In this document: positions 32,300 through 44,652 of the stretch, piece after piece
Numbering within the stretch: position 1 is the first letter of the stretch
Layout: each line of letters starts with the position of its first letter
NCBI GenBank assembly: GCA_963823665.1
Contig: CAWGMQ010000010.1
Location: 288,001-352,000 of the forward strand
Direction: 5' to 3'
Source of the DNA: an uncultured Planctomycetota bacterium
Lineage (GTDB): Bacteria > Planctomycetota > Planctomycetia > Isosphaerales > Isosphaeraceae
DNA length: 64,000 nt
Notes under the pieces: generated by a model
Told to the model about the DNA's origin: nothing
The model's database searches: none
What the model saw: the letters and a program-made list of their open reading frames with translations, nothing else
Made by a program: the position numbers and the translations under genes

Positions 32300-32437
32300 G
32301 GCTGAACCTCCCAAAAATGGAATCTGATGCGCAATTGCTCGCAAGCGCCGGCCGCTTCGGCGATGTGTTGCGCCCGGGCAGAACTCGATTTGTCCATCGG
32401 TTCGTTCCTCGTAAGTGTGATCGTCTTCGGTCCACGC

Positions 32438-32600
32438 AAAAAAAACCGGCGTGGTCGAAGACCCTGAGGTATTCGACCACGCCGGCTTACTCGTCAACGG
32501 GCCCCCCGGCAAAGCCGCAGTGCCCTTTATCTAGTCGCCCGACGAAATCCGCTTATGTTTTGCTGGGATTTGCCCGCTCGCTCACGCAGGCTATCCATAT
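32438..32600 (-). ncRNA. Candidate attenuator leader, copy C (with terminator)
   Basis: Same core as copy B; stem followed by T8. Confidence 0.8.
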
Positions 32601-32608
32601 CGAAGGCC

Positions 32609-32665
32609 ATTGTCCTACCTTGGGGGTAAATAGCAAGGGAGGTTTTTGTATTTCTCACATGAAAA
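32609..32665 (-). promoter_or_regulatory. Promoter TTGCTA-N16-GACAAT plus TTTTCATGTGAGAAATA box
   Basis: Matches 30139-30195. Confidence 0.6.
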
Positions 32666-32832
32666 GCTCCAGATTGATTGGTGATTATCGATTCAGTCTC
32701 GATCGTGATCGCTCGCACGCACTGGGTGCGGCCGCCGATCAACTAGGCAGACGCGCTCAAAGTCGCAGTGCGAATGTTGCGTCGGTCAACATTCCCGGTG
32801 GCGATCCGGTGTCAACGTTTCCGGCCAGCAAA

Positions 32833-32872
32833 AGGAATAGACTTGCTTTCCTCTCGACGGAGCGCCTACCAT
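32833..32872 (+). promoter_or_regulatory. Sigma70-like promoter of leader D
   Basis: AGGAATAGAC-TTGCTT-N18-TACCAT, matching copy A. Confidence 0.65.
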
Positions 32873-32881
32873 GACGAGTAA

Positions 32882-33044
32882 TGTGCGGGAGTGAGGATGG
32901 CACAGCCGCCCGTCGGCTCCCGGGAATGATTTGAATCTGTCGGATGGCTAGACGAAGGGCAGGCCCGGTACTCCGGGTGGCCCGTCGAAGAGTAAGCCGG
33001 CTTGATCGAGGACCTCAGGGTTCTCGATCAAGCCGGTTTTTTTT
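32882..33044 (+). ncRNA. Candidate attenuator leader, copy D (with terminator)
   Basis: GTCGGATGGCTAGACGAAGGGCA..GGCCCGTCGAAGAGTAAGCCGGC; stem with compensatory changes versus A; T8. Confidence 0.8.
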
Positions 33045-33222
33045 CATTACCGCTGACCTGGTACGGTTGAAGGTACAAACTTCTAACGCGATCGAAGAGC
33101 TCGATTCAGAATGGAGAGTACACGCCGCTTCGTCTACAAAAACGCGGAAGGAAGCCGTCAATCGTGGAATGTGTTCCCGGGTATCCGGGAGTTGTTGTCG
33201 AATAAATACGGGAGTACTGTCG

Positions 33223-33582
33223 ATGGTGTTTTCCGACACACCGCCGTTCCAGCCCTTCGGTGAGCACCCCAGAGCGGAACAGGACGCTCGCGCCCCGGTC
33301 CATGCACAGAGCCCGGAAGACCGCCGCCTGGTGGAACGTGTGGAACGCGCACTTCATACGACCGGCCACGGGGCGCTGCGCAGCGTCGCGGTCTCCGTCA
33401 ACGCCGGGATCGTCATCCTCGTGGGTCGAGTCTCCAGTTATTACCTCAAGCAGGTCGCGCAGGCGACCGCACTGGCGGTTGCCGGATCGCACCAGATCCG
33501 CAACAGCGTGGATGTCGTCCGACCGAACTCAAGCCACCAAGCTGTTATTGTGCGCCGTTCGCTGCCAGTTCGGCAGCCATGA
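33223..33582 (+). CDS. Single BON-domain protein
   Basis: GGAG SD; V.V..G.V.L.GRVSSYYLKQVAQ..I.N.V.V. Confidence 0.75.
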   Translation: MVFSDTPPFQPFGEHPRAEQDARAPVHAQSPEDRRLVERVERALHTTGHGALRSVAVSVNAGIVILVGRVSSYYLKQVAQATALAVAGSHQIRNSVDVVRPNSSHQAVIVRRSLPVRQP

Positions 33583-33615
33583 AGAAAAGGCCGCTGCCAT
33601 GAAGGGAAGTGCCTG

Positions 33616-35013
33616 ATGACCGCCTCCCGTTCGGACGCGCTGGTGCTCTTCGGCGTCACGGGCGATCTCGCCCACAAGATGATCTTCCCGGCACTCTATG
33701 CGATGGCGAAACGAGGCACGCTGAAGGTCCCGGTCATCGGAGTCGCCTCCCCGAAGTGGAGTTTGGCGGATCTGCGCGATCGCGTGAAGGACAGCCTGAT
33801 GCAATCGGGCGGGATCGAGAGTCAACGCACCCTGGACCACCTGATGGCCCTGCTGAGTTACGTGAGCGGAGACTATAACGATCGAGGCACGTTCACCGCG
33901 ATCAAGAAGGCGCTGGGAAGCGCTTCGCGGCCGGCGCACTATCTCGCCATCCCACCCTCGCTCTTCAAGACGGTGATCGAAGGGCTCGGTGCCGCTAACC
34001 TGGCCGAGCATGCGCGCGTCATCGTCGAAAAGCCGTTCGGACGCGACCTGGCCTCCGCGCGCGAGCTCAACCGCGTCGCGAGGTCGGTGTTCCCGGAAGA
34101 CTCGATCTTTCGCATCGATCACTTCCTCGGGAAGGAAGCGATCATGAACATCCTCTATTTCCGCTTCGCCAATTCTTTCCTGGAGCCGATCTGGAACCGC
34201 AACTACGTGGCCAGCGTCCAGGTAACCCTCTCTGAGGATTTCGGCGTCAAGGACCGCGGTTCGTTCTACGAAACCGCCGGCTGTCTGCGCGACGTGATCC
34301 AGAACCACCTCTTCCAGATCGTCGCGCTGCTTGCCATGGAGCCGCCGGCCGTCAGGGACTTCGGAGCCGTGCACAGCGAGAAAGCCAAGGTTTTCGAAGC
34401 CACACGCCCCTTGCAGCCCGACGACCTGGTGCGCGGCCAGTACGACGGCTACCGTACGGAGCCAAACGTTGCGGAGAACTCCGACGTCGAGACTTTCTGC
34501 GCGCTGCGGCTTTTTATCGACTCCTGGCGCTGGGAGGGAGTGCCCTGGTACCTGCGCTCCGGCAAATACTTGGCGGAAACGGCAACCGAGGTTCTGGTGG
34601 AGCTGAAGCCGCCGCCGCAGAGGCTTTTCGCCGACTCAGCGCCAACGACCGGTCCGGCCAACTATCTGCGATTCCGGCTTTCACCCAGTTCCGCCATTGC
34701 CCTCGCCGCTCGCGTCAAGAGCGCAGGGAAAGAGTTCGTGGGCGACCAGCGAGAACTCTACCTGCTCGAAGAACAGGCGGGAGAGGAATCGCCCTACGAA
34801 CGGCTTCTGGACGACGCCATGGCCGGCGACGGTGCGCTTTTCACCCGTGAAGTCGCCGTTGAGGCGGCCTGGTCGGTGGTCGAGCCGGTCCTTGAGAGCC
34901 ACCCCGCTGCGCTTCCCTACAAGCGCGGTAGTTGGGGGCCGAAAGAGGCTGATGTTCTGATCGCAGCCGATGGTTGCTGGCAAAACCCCATGCCTGCGGA
35001 GGTTTCCGGATGA
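33616..35013 (+). CDS. zwf: Glucose-6-phosphate 1-dehydrogenase
   Basis: GVTGDLA, EKPFG, RIDHFLGK, RDVIQNH. Confidence 0.93.
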   Translation: MTASRSDALVLFGVTGDLAHKMIFPALYAMAKRGTLKVPVIGVASPKWSLADLRDRVKDSLMQSGGIESQRTLDHLMALLSYVSGDYNDRGTFTAIKKALGSASRPAHYLAIPPSLFKTVIEGLGAANLAEHARVIVEKPFGRDLASARELNRVARSVFPEDSIFRIDHFLGKEAIMNILYFRFANSFLEPIWNRNYVASVQVTLSEDFGVKDRGSFYETAGCLRDVIQNHLFQIVALLAMEPPAVRDFGAVHSEKAKVFEATRPLQPDDLVRGQYDGYRTEPNVAENSDVETFCALRLFIDSWRWEGVPWYLRSGKYLAETATEVLVELKPPPQRLFADSAPTTGPANYLRFRLSPSSAIALAARVKSAGKEFVGDQRELYLLEEQAGEESPYERLLDDAMAGDGALFTREVAVEAAWSVVEPVLESHPAALPYKRGSWGPKEADVLIAADGCWQNPMPAEVSG

Positions 35014-35090
35014 CGCAAGTTGCCCCAGTCGTATTCCTGCTCGATGTCGATAGCGCCCTTCTCGAAAGGCACAGAATTTGCACGTGTTAA
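35010..35090 (+). pseudogene. 5' remnant of a HAD-family hydrolase
   Basis: ATGA overlap with zwf stop; MTQVAPVVFLLDVDSALL (HAD motif I) then stop at an AT-rich junction. Confidence 0.5.
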
Positions 35091-35240
35091 TATTTAAGTT
35101 TACTGGTCGCGAACCGGAGCAAGAGCGAGGCTGGCGAAGGGCTTGATCAGGCTAACAACAACCTGAGCCCCGGTCCGAGGATCTTTTCACCAGTGAACCA
35201 TCGGTCATTTCACTCACCTTTGACAATGAGGAACAACAGG

Positions 35241-35777
35241 ATGTCAGACAAGAATTCAGTCGTCGCGACTTTCGACTCCCACGACCGGGCCGAGAACGCC
35301 ATCCGGGAGCTTCAAGAGAGCGGCTTCGACATGAAGAAGCTGTCGATTGTCGGTAAGGATTACCACACTGAAGAGAACGTCGTCGGCTACTACAACACTG
35401 GCGACCGGATGAAGTACTGGGGCAAGCTGGGAGCCTTCTGGGGCGGCTTCTGGGGATTGCTGTTCGGCTCCGCGTTCTTCTGGGTGCCGGGCATCGGTCA
35501 GGTGCTCGTCGCGGGGCCGCTCGTCATGTGGATCGTCGGCGCGCTCGAAGGCGCGATCATGACGGGGGGACTCACCGCACTTGGAGCAGGTCTCTACAGC
35601 ATCGGCATCCCGAAGAACAGTGTCCTGCAATACGAGACCAAGGTGAAGAACGGCAAGCTCCTCCTGGTCGCCCACGGAACGGCCGACGAAGTGAAACGCG
35701 CCAAGGACCTCCTGGATCAGACGGAGGCGAATTCGTCGACCATCCATGGCGAACAACTGGCTACCGTCGGCACTTGA
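35241..35777 (+). CDS. General stress membrane protein (DUF1269/YflT-like)
   Basis: Close paralog of 8707-9246. Confidence 0.75.
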   Translation: MSDKNSVVATFDSHDRAENAIRELQESGFDMKKLSIVGKDYHTEENVVGYYNTGDRMKYWGKLGAFWGGFWGLLFGSAFFWVPGIGQVLVAGPLVMWIVGALEGAIMTGGLTALGAGLYSIGIPKNSVLQYETKVKNGKLLLVAHGTADEVKRAKDLLDQTEANSSTIHGEQLATVGT

Positions 35778-35880
35778 CTCAACATGGCCCGTCTAACGAG
35801 GCTCCGGTCGCTCTCCGGCCGGAACCTTCGCCAGACGTGATGTGCATTTCTGAATCATTTGAACCGAGGATATCACGGCG

Positions 35881-36114
35881 ATGAGAGACCTCTCAATGAC
35901 CCTGCCTGAGCTCGCGCTGCTCGTCGGCACGCGGGCGGCGCTCGGCGTCGGGCTCGGCCTTCTGGTGGCGGACCGCCTGCCCGAGAGCCAACGAAAGGCC
36001 GTCGGGTGGACGCTCCTGCTGGTTGGCGCCGTCACGACCGTCCCGCTCGCGTTCGAGGTGCTCGGGAAGGTCCATGCCTCGACCCCCGTTGGTTTGCCAA
36101 CGGGTGCCGTTTGA
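35881..36114 (+). CDS. Small two-TM membrane protein
   Basis: LPELAL..GTRAALGVGLG..RKAVGW.L..VG..TT.P. Confidence 0.65.
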   Translation: MRDLSMTLPELALLVGTRAALGVGLGLLVADRLPESQRKAVGWTLLLVGAVTTVPLAFEVLGKVHASTPVGLPTGAV

Positions 36115-36229
36115 CCGTCGGGCGGAAGAGCAATCGGCTGGCCCGCTCTTTTGATATACAGCGAACGCAGCGCGAACCGGATAAGTTATCCCGGGATGAT
36201 GACCCGAAGTTTACCGACGGGAGTTGACG

Positions 36230-36883
36230 ATGAAGACAGACGCGGAATTGCAGAAGGACGTCATGGACGAGATCAAATGGGAGCCATGCGCCACGGCAGC
36301 CCAGATCGGCGTTTCGGCCGCGGATGGGGTGGTGACGCTGAATGGCACGGTAGGAACCTACGCCCAAAAATGGGCCGTCGAGAGGGCAGCCCAGAGGGTT
36401 CAGGGCGTCAAGGGCATTGCCGAAGAGATCACGGTGAAGCTGGACGGGATTCATGCCCGGACCGATGCCGAGATCGTCGAGACGGCTCTCACTTCCCTCA
36501 AGTGGCACGTCTGGCTGCCGAATGACATCCAGGCCATCGTGTCCCAGGGATGGGTCACACTGAAAGGCCAAGTGAACTGGGAATATCAGCGCTCCGCCGC
36601 GCACGACTCAGTGTGCTTCTTGCCCGGGGTGAAGGGAGTCACGAACGAGATCAGCCTGAAGCCGAAGGCTCAGCCGACTGCCATCAAAGACGCGATCGAG
36701 AAGGCGCTCGTGCGTAGCGCCGAGGTTGACGCCGGGCATGTGAACGTCGAGACCAACGGCAGTATGGTAACGCTTTCCGGCAGTGTCGGATCCTGGAACG
36801 AGAAGAACGAGGCCGGGATGGCCGCCTGGAGCGCCCCCGGTGTCAACTCCGTACGGAACAACATCGAGATCGCTTGCGTGTGA
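36230..36883 (+). CDS. OsmY-like three-BON-domain protein
   Basis: MKTDAELQ.DV..E..W, three G.VTL.G.V repeats. Confidence 0.85.
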   Translation: MKTDAELQKDVMDEIKWEPCATAAQIGVSAADGVVTLNGTVGTYAQKWAVERAAQRVQGVKGIAEEITVKLDGIHARTDAEIVETALTSLKWHVWLPNDIQAIVSQGWVTLKGQVNWEYQRSAAHDSVCFLPGVKGVTNEISLKPKAQPTAIKDAIEKALVRSAEVDAGHVNVETNGSMVTLSGSVGSWNEKNEAGMAAWSAPGVNSVRNNIEIACV

Positions 36884-36914
36884 CGGTCTAATCCGTCCGC
36901 TCGTGGTCAAGGGC

Positions 36915-37382
36915 ATGAAAGCGGCGCTCATCATCGCCGCGCTCGCTTTCCTCTCCCTGCTGCTCGTCCACCTGGAGTGGTGGGACACTGCTCTGAGCTG
37001 GCTCGGACACGAATCGATCCATTTGAGCTTTGGTTTTTATGTCTTCTTCTCTTCCCTGCTTTGTTTGGCTTGGTTCATCAGCGTTTTCGTCATTGACCAC
37101 CTGAGTTTCTGGAGGTTCCGGCCGGGACAGGTCACCCACGAGTATCTTGGGGGGATCGTGAATAACAGTTATGAAACCGACAACTTGACGGCCTCGTTGA
37201 ACCGGCAGGACGACTTCTTCCGCCACTGGATTATCGGCGTCGGGTCGGGTGATCTGCATATGCATACGATGGGCGGCCGCGGCGTGGAAATGTACGTGCT
37301 GAATGTCCTGTTTGTCGGCGGCAAGATGTACAAGATTCAGCGATTGATCGCCACCAAGCCCGATGTGCCCCAGCAAGCTTGA
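36915..37382 (+). CDS. Hypothetical membrane protein (possibly N-terminally truncated)
   Basis: Two TM segments then DDFFRHWIIG.GSGDL; no clear SD. Confidence 0.5.
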   Translation: MKAALIIAALAFLSLLLVHLEWWDTALSWLGHESIHLSFGFYVFFSSLLCLAWFISVFVIDHLSFWRFRPGQVTHEYLGGIVNNSYETDNLTASLNRQDDFFRHWIIGVGSGDLHMHTMGGRGVEMYVLNVLFVGGKMYKIQRLIATKPDVPQQA

Positions 37383-37519
37383 TGTGCGTGAGGCATCCGA
37401 TGCGGCCCCGGACAGAAAGCCTCGTGGATGGACCGGCCCAAGCTGCCTCCGGAGAAGCTGAACGCACTAGAGCGCGAAACATTCCAAACCGCATCGGGCC
37501 CTACAGCAAGAGAGAAAAC

Positions 37520-40493
<2,974 letters not shown>

Positions 40494-40501
<8 letters not shown>

Positions 40502-40823
40502 AGACCAAAGATCGAATATCGCCAACCAAGAGACCCGCTTCAGCCGGCAGGTCGGCGCACAGGCAGCGCGCAAGCTGAAGGCGCGGCGCGAAGCCCCAAA
40601 GAGCGTCTGGTTCGGCCTGGGTATGTCGGGGCTGGTCGGCTGGTCCGTGACGATTCCGACTCTGATCGGCGCTGCGCTCGGTATCTGGGTCGACAAGCGA
40701 TATTCGAGTCAGTATTCCTGGACGCTCATGTTGCTTCTCATGGGCTTGATCATCGGCTGCCTCAATGCTTGGCTTTGGGTCCAATCGGAATACAAGGAGA
40801 TGCAGGAGGATTCGGATGAGTGA
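40494..40823 (+). CDS. atpQ: N-ATPase AtpQ (AtpZ/AtpI-like)
   Basis: WFGLG..GLVGWSV..P, GCLNAW; operon position. Confidence 0.82.
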
Positions 40824-41142
40824 CACCCTGGCTCTTGGCCTGGCGCTCTTCGCCGGCGCCTTGCTCGGAGTGTTTTTCTTCGGCGGCCTATGGTGGACCG
40901 TCCAGAAGGGTGTGAAGTCCGAGACGCCCGCGCTCTGGTTCCTCGGCAGCTTGCTGCTGCGAACCAGTCTGGTTCTGGCTGGGTTTTATCTTGCTGCGCA
41001 AGGTCATTGGTCAAGGCTCGCGGCGAGCCTGTTTGGATTCTTGATCGCGCGCTTGATCATCGTGAAGCGGCTCACGCGAGCGCCGGCGGAAGAGCCGGCT
41101 CCATTGGAAGAGGAGACCAGCATTGCGCCTTTCTCCCGATGA
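40816..41142 (+). CDS. atpR: N-ATPase AtpR
   Basis: FFFGGLWWTV, SLLLR, GFLIAR. Confidence 0.85.
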   Translation: MSDTLALGLALFAGALLGVFFFGGLWWTVQKGVKSETPALWFLGSLLLRTSLVLAGFYLAAQGHWSRLAASLFGFLIARLIIVKRLTRAPAEEPAPLEEETSIAPFSR

Positions 41143-41794
41143 CCTCGTTTTCTGTCGGTACGGCTTTCTCGAGCTCAATCTCACCATCGTCACGACCTGG
41201 GTGCTCATGCTCGTGATGACTGTTGGCTCGTGGCTGATCACGCGCAAGCTCGTGACCGAAGTGCACATCTCGCGCTGGCAAGGCTTCCTTGAAATCGTAG
41301 TCACGACGATCGAGGAACAGGTCAAAGAAGTGGGACTTGAGAATCCTGCCAAGTATCTAGGTTTTCTCGGGACCCTGTTCCTGTTCGTCGCTGTGTCCAA
41401 CCTCTGTGCGATTATCCCGGGATACGATGCACCCACCGGTTCGCTCTCAACCACGTCGGCGCTGGCGATCTCGGTGTTTGTCGCGGTGCCGCTCTTCGGC
41501 ATCGAAGGGCAAGGGTTGGGCGGTTACTTGAAGTCGTACCTGAAGCCAACGTGGATCATGTTGCCGTTTAACTTGATCAGCGAGGTCTCGCGCACGTTTG
41601 CACTCGCCATGCGTCTGTTCGGCAACATCATGAGCGGGACGATGATTGTCGCCATCTTGCTCACGATCACACCTCTCTTTTTCCCGGACTTCATGTACCT
41701 GCTTGGTCTGCTCACGGGCATGGTGCAGGCTTACATTTTCGCCATTCTCGCGAGCGTTTATATCGCGGCCGCCACGCGAACCCACGCAGCATGA
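41123..41794 (+). CDS. atpB: N-ATPase subunit a
   Basis: TTG start after GAGGAG; LAMRLFGN, QAYIF. Confidence 0.92.
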   Translation: MRLSPDDLVFCRYGFLELNLTIVTTWVLMLVMTVGSWLITRKLVTEVHISRWQGFLEIVVTTIEEQVKEVGLENPAKYLGFLGTLFLFVAVSNLCAIIPGYDAPTGSLSTTSALAISVFVAVPLFGIEGQGLGGYLKSYLKPTWIMLPFNLISEVSRTFALAMRLFGNIMSGTMIVAILLTITPLFFPDFMYLLGLLTGMVQAYIFAILASVYIAAATRTHAA

Positions 41795-41824
41795 ACCAAG
41801 ACCACCAGCAACGAAAGGAAACTT

Positions 41825-42106
41825 ATGGACAGCATGACGATTATCGCGATCGTTTCGATCATTACCGCCGGAGTCACGATCGCACTGGGGAGCATCGCGC
41901 CCGCGGTTGGCGAAGGACGGGCCGTCTCGACGGCCTTGAGCTCGCTGGCTCAACAGCCCGATGCCTCTAGCACCATCACACGAACCTTGTTCGTGGGCCT
42001 GGCGATGATCGAATCCATCGCCATCTACTGCCTCGTGATCTCGATGATTCTGATTTTCGCCAATCCGTTCTGGAACCATGTCATTGAAAAAGCCACAGGA
42101 AAGTAA
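41825..42106 (+). CDS. atpE: N-ATPase subunit c
   Basis: GEG in helix 1, QQP loop, AMIESIAIY. Confidence 0.95.
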   Translation: MDSMTIIAIVSIITAGVTIALGSIAPAVGEGRAVSTALSSLAQQPDASSTITRTLFVGLAMIESIAIYCLVISMILIFANPFWNHVIEKATGK

Positions 42107-42109
42107 GCG

Positions 42110-43096
42110 ATGCTCATCAACTGGTTCACCGTCGGCGCCCAAGCAATCAATTTCCTCATCCTGGTGTGGTTGCTGAAGCGATTCCTCTACAAACCCATCC
42201 TCCACGCCATCGACGAGCGAGAGAAAGGAATCGCCACCCAACTCGCGGACGTCGAAGCGAAGAAGACTGAAGCCCAAAAGGACCGCGACGACTTTCAGCA
42301 CAAGAATGAGGTCTTCGACCAGGAGCGTGCGGCGCTCCTGAAAAAAGCCACGGATGATGCCAACTCCGAACGTGAGCGGCTCATCGACGAAGCAAAAAAG
42401 GATGCCGATGCCTTGCGTGCCAAGCGCCAGGAGGTGTTGCGCAACGAACAACGCAACCTCAATCAAGAGATCATCCGCTGGACCCAGAAGGAAGTCTTTG
42501 CCATCACGCGCAAGACTCTGGCGGACCTCGCCGGCACGGGCCTCGAGGACCGCATCGGCGACGTATTCGTCCAGCGCGTGCGTGGCTTGACCGGAGAGGC
42601 CAAGGAGCAATTGGCGGCCGCCTTCAGGACGTCAAACCACACGGTGAGCGTGCATAGCGCGTTCGAACTGCCGCCGGCACAAAAAAGCGCGATCGAAAAG
42701 GCGGTGAAGGAAACGTTCGCCTCGGACGCTCAGGTCCAATTCGAGACCGCGCCGGAGCTGGTCAGCGGCATTGAACTCTCCTCGGGCGGACACAAGGTGG
42801 CCTGGAGCATCGCGGATTACCTGACGACGCTGGAAAAGAGCGCCGGCGAACTTCTGCACAATGATGCCAAGCCCGAATCCAAGCCGGACGCAAAGTCCAA
42901 GCCCGAGCCAAAGGCGGAGTCCAAGCCCGAGCCAAAGGCGGAGTCCAAGCCCGCGCCAAAGGCCGAAGCCAAACCCGCGCCAAACGGTGAAGCGAAGTCC
43001 GAACCAAAGGCTGAAGCCACGCCTGAACCAAAGGTTGAAGCCAAGCCCGCGCCGAAGCTTGAACCGGTGCCATCGGCCCAAAAGGCGGACCATTGA
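42110..43096 (+). CDS. atpF: N-ATPase subunit b (b-delta-like fusion) with Pro/Lys tail
   Basis: [23 protein letters not shown]...KVAWS. Confidence 0.9.
   Translation: MLINWFTVGAQAINFLILVWLLKRFLYKPILHAIDEREKGIATQLADVEAKKTEAQKDRDDFQHKNEVFDQERAALLKKATDDANSERERLIDEAKKDADALRAKRQEVLRNEQRNLNQEIIRWTQKEVFAITRKTLADLAGTGLEDRIGDVFVQRVRGLTGEAKEQLAAAFRTSNHTVSVHSAFELPPAQKSAIEKAVKETFASDAQVQFETAPELVSGIELSSGGHKVAWSIADYLTTLEKSAGELLHNDAKPESKPDAKSKPEPKAESKPEPKAESKPAPKAEAKPAPNGEAKSEPKAEATPEPKVEAKPAPKLEPVPSAQKADH
42869..43066 (+). repeat. 24-bp coding tandem repeat ([12 protein letters not shown]) in atpF
   Basis: AAGCCCGAGCCAAAGGCGGAGTCC twice exactly, plus several degenerate copies. Confidence 0.8.
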
Positions 43097-44652
43097 ACCG
43101 CTCGACCGAAAGCCTGCATGCCGTCTTTGACCACGCGTTCGCGGGGATAAGCCGCACGCGTGAAGCCTTCACGCCGCAACTGACGCCGCGTGAGGTGGGC
43201 ACGATCACGAGCGTCTCCGTCGGCATCGCCAAGGTCTCGGGCCTGCCGGGAGTGGGCTTCGATGAGCTGGTGAAGTTCCCCGGCGATCTGTACGGCATCG
43301 CGTTCAATGTCGATTCGGACCAGATCGGCGTCGTGCTGCTTGGAGAATGCGAGCAGCTTCACGCGGGCGATGAGGTCGAGCGCACCGGCCGCGTGATGGA
43401 CGTGCCTGTGGGCGATGGGTTGATCGGGCGCGTCATCGACCCGCTGGGCGCGCCACTCGACGGCAAAGGACCGGTCGCCTCCAGCGAGCGTTTGCCCATC
43501 GAACGGCCGGCCCCGCCCATCATGGACCGCGCCCTCGTTTCCGTGCCTCTGCAAACCGGCATCATCGTCATCGACGCGCTCATTCCCATCGGACGCGGCC
43601 AGCGCGAGTTGATCCTCGGCGACCGCCAAACCGGCAAGTCTGCCATCGCGATCGACACGATACTGAACCAGCGCGACCAGAATGTGCTGTGCGTCTATTG
43701 CGCCATCGGCCAGCGAGCATCCTCGGTCGCCAAGGTCGTCGCTAAGCTGCGCGACAACGGCGCAATGGATTACACGGTCGTCGTCGTGACCGAAGGCAAC
43801 GACCCGCCCGGGCTCGCCTACATCGCCCCCTACGCCGCTACCAGCATCGCGGAGCATTTCATGGAAGCGGGCCGCGACGTGCTCGTCGTTTACGACGATC
43901 TGACGCACCATGCCCGTGCCTACCGCGAGATATCGCTGCTCTTGCGCCGGCCGCCGGGTCGCGAAGCGTTTCCCGGCGATATCTTTTACATCCACTCGCG
44001 GCTACTGGAGCGTGCCACGCATCTTCGCGACGACCTTCACGGCGGCTCGCTCACCGCGTTGCCCATCATCGAGACCGAGGCGCAGAACATCTCCGCGTAC
44101 ATTCCGACAAATCTCATCTCCATAACGGACGGTCAGATCTACCTGTCGCCGACGTTATTCGAGCTGGGCGTTCTTCCCGCCGTCGATGTCGGCAAGTCCG
44201 TATCACGCGTCGGTGGCAAGGCGCAACGGGCGGCTTACCGGGGGGTGGCGGGCGATCTCAAGCTCGCGTACGCGCAGTTCTCTGAGCTGGAATCCTTCGC
44301 CAAGTTCGGCACCCGGCTTGATGACCACACGCGCAAGATTATCGACCATGGCCAGCGAATCCGGGCCATCCTCATACAACCGGAGCTCGAACCGGCGTCG
44401 GTCCCCGAACAAATCGTCATCCTCGTGGCGCTCACCGCCGGCGTCCTGGACAGTGTGCCGATCGACAAGATGCGTGATGTCGAGGAAGCTCTGAGAAAGG
44501 CGGCCACGGAAATCCCTGCCGAGATTCGCAAACGCTTTTCCTCTAATGACAAGTTGAGCGACGAGGACCGCAAAGCGATCCTGCAAGTCGTTGGCAAAGC
44601 CATCGCGCCCTTCCAGCCAAAACCCGATCCCGAACCCAAGAAGAAGCCATGA
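43093..44652 (+). CDS. atpA: N-ATPase alpha subunit
   Basis: [26 protein letters not shown]. Confidence 0.95.
   Translation: MNRSTESLHAVFDHAFAGISRTREAFTPQLTPREVGTITSVSVGIAKVSGLPGVGFDELVKFPGDLYGIAFNVDSDQIGVVLLGECEQLHAGDEVERTGRVMDVPVGDGLIGRVIDPLGAPLDGKGPVASSERLPIERPAPPIMDRALVSVPLQTGIIVIDALIPIGRGQRELILGDRQTGKSAIAIDTILNQRDQNVLCVYCAIGQRASSVAKVVAKLRDNGAMDYTVVVVTEGNDPPGLAYIAPYAATSIAEHFMEAGRDVLVVYDDLTHHARAYREISLLLRRPPGREAFPGDIFYIHSRLLERATHLRDDLHGGSLTALPIIETEAQNISAYIPTNLISITDGQIYLSPTLFELGVLPAVDVGKSVSRVGGKAQRAAYRGVAGDLKLAYAQFSELESFAKFGTRLDDHTRKIIDHGQRIRAILIQPELEPASVPEQIVILVALTAGVLDSVPIDKMRDVEEALRKAATEIPAEIRKRFSSNDKLSDEDRKAILQVVGKAIAPFQPKPDPEPKKKP

Noticed and set aside
35129..35170. Possible fifth leader copy (GGCTGGCGAAGGGC...CCTGAGCCC hairpin)
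   Set aside because: Lacks GTCGG, AGTAAGCCGGC and the terminator/U-tract; the similarity may be chance
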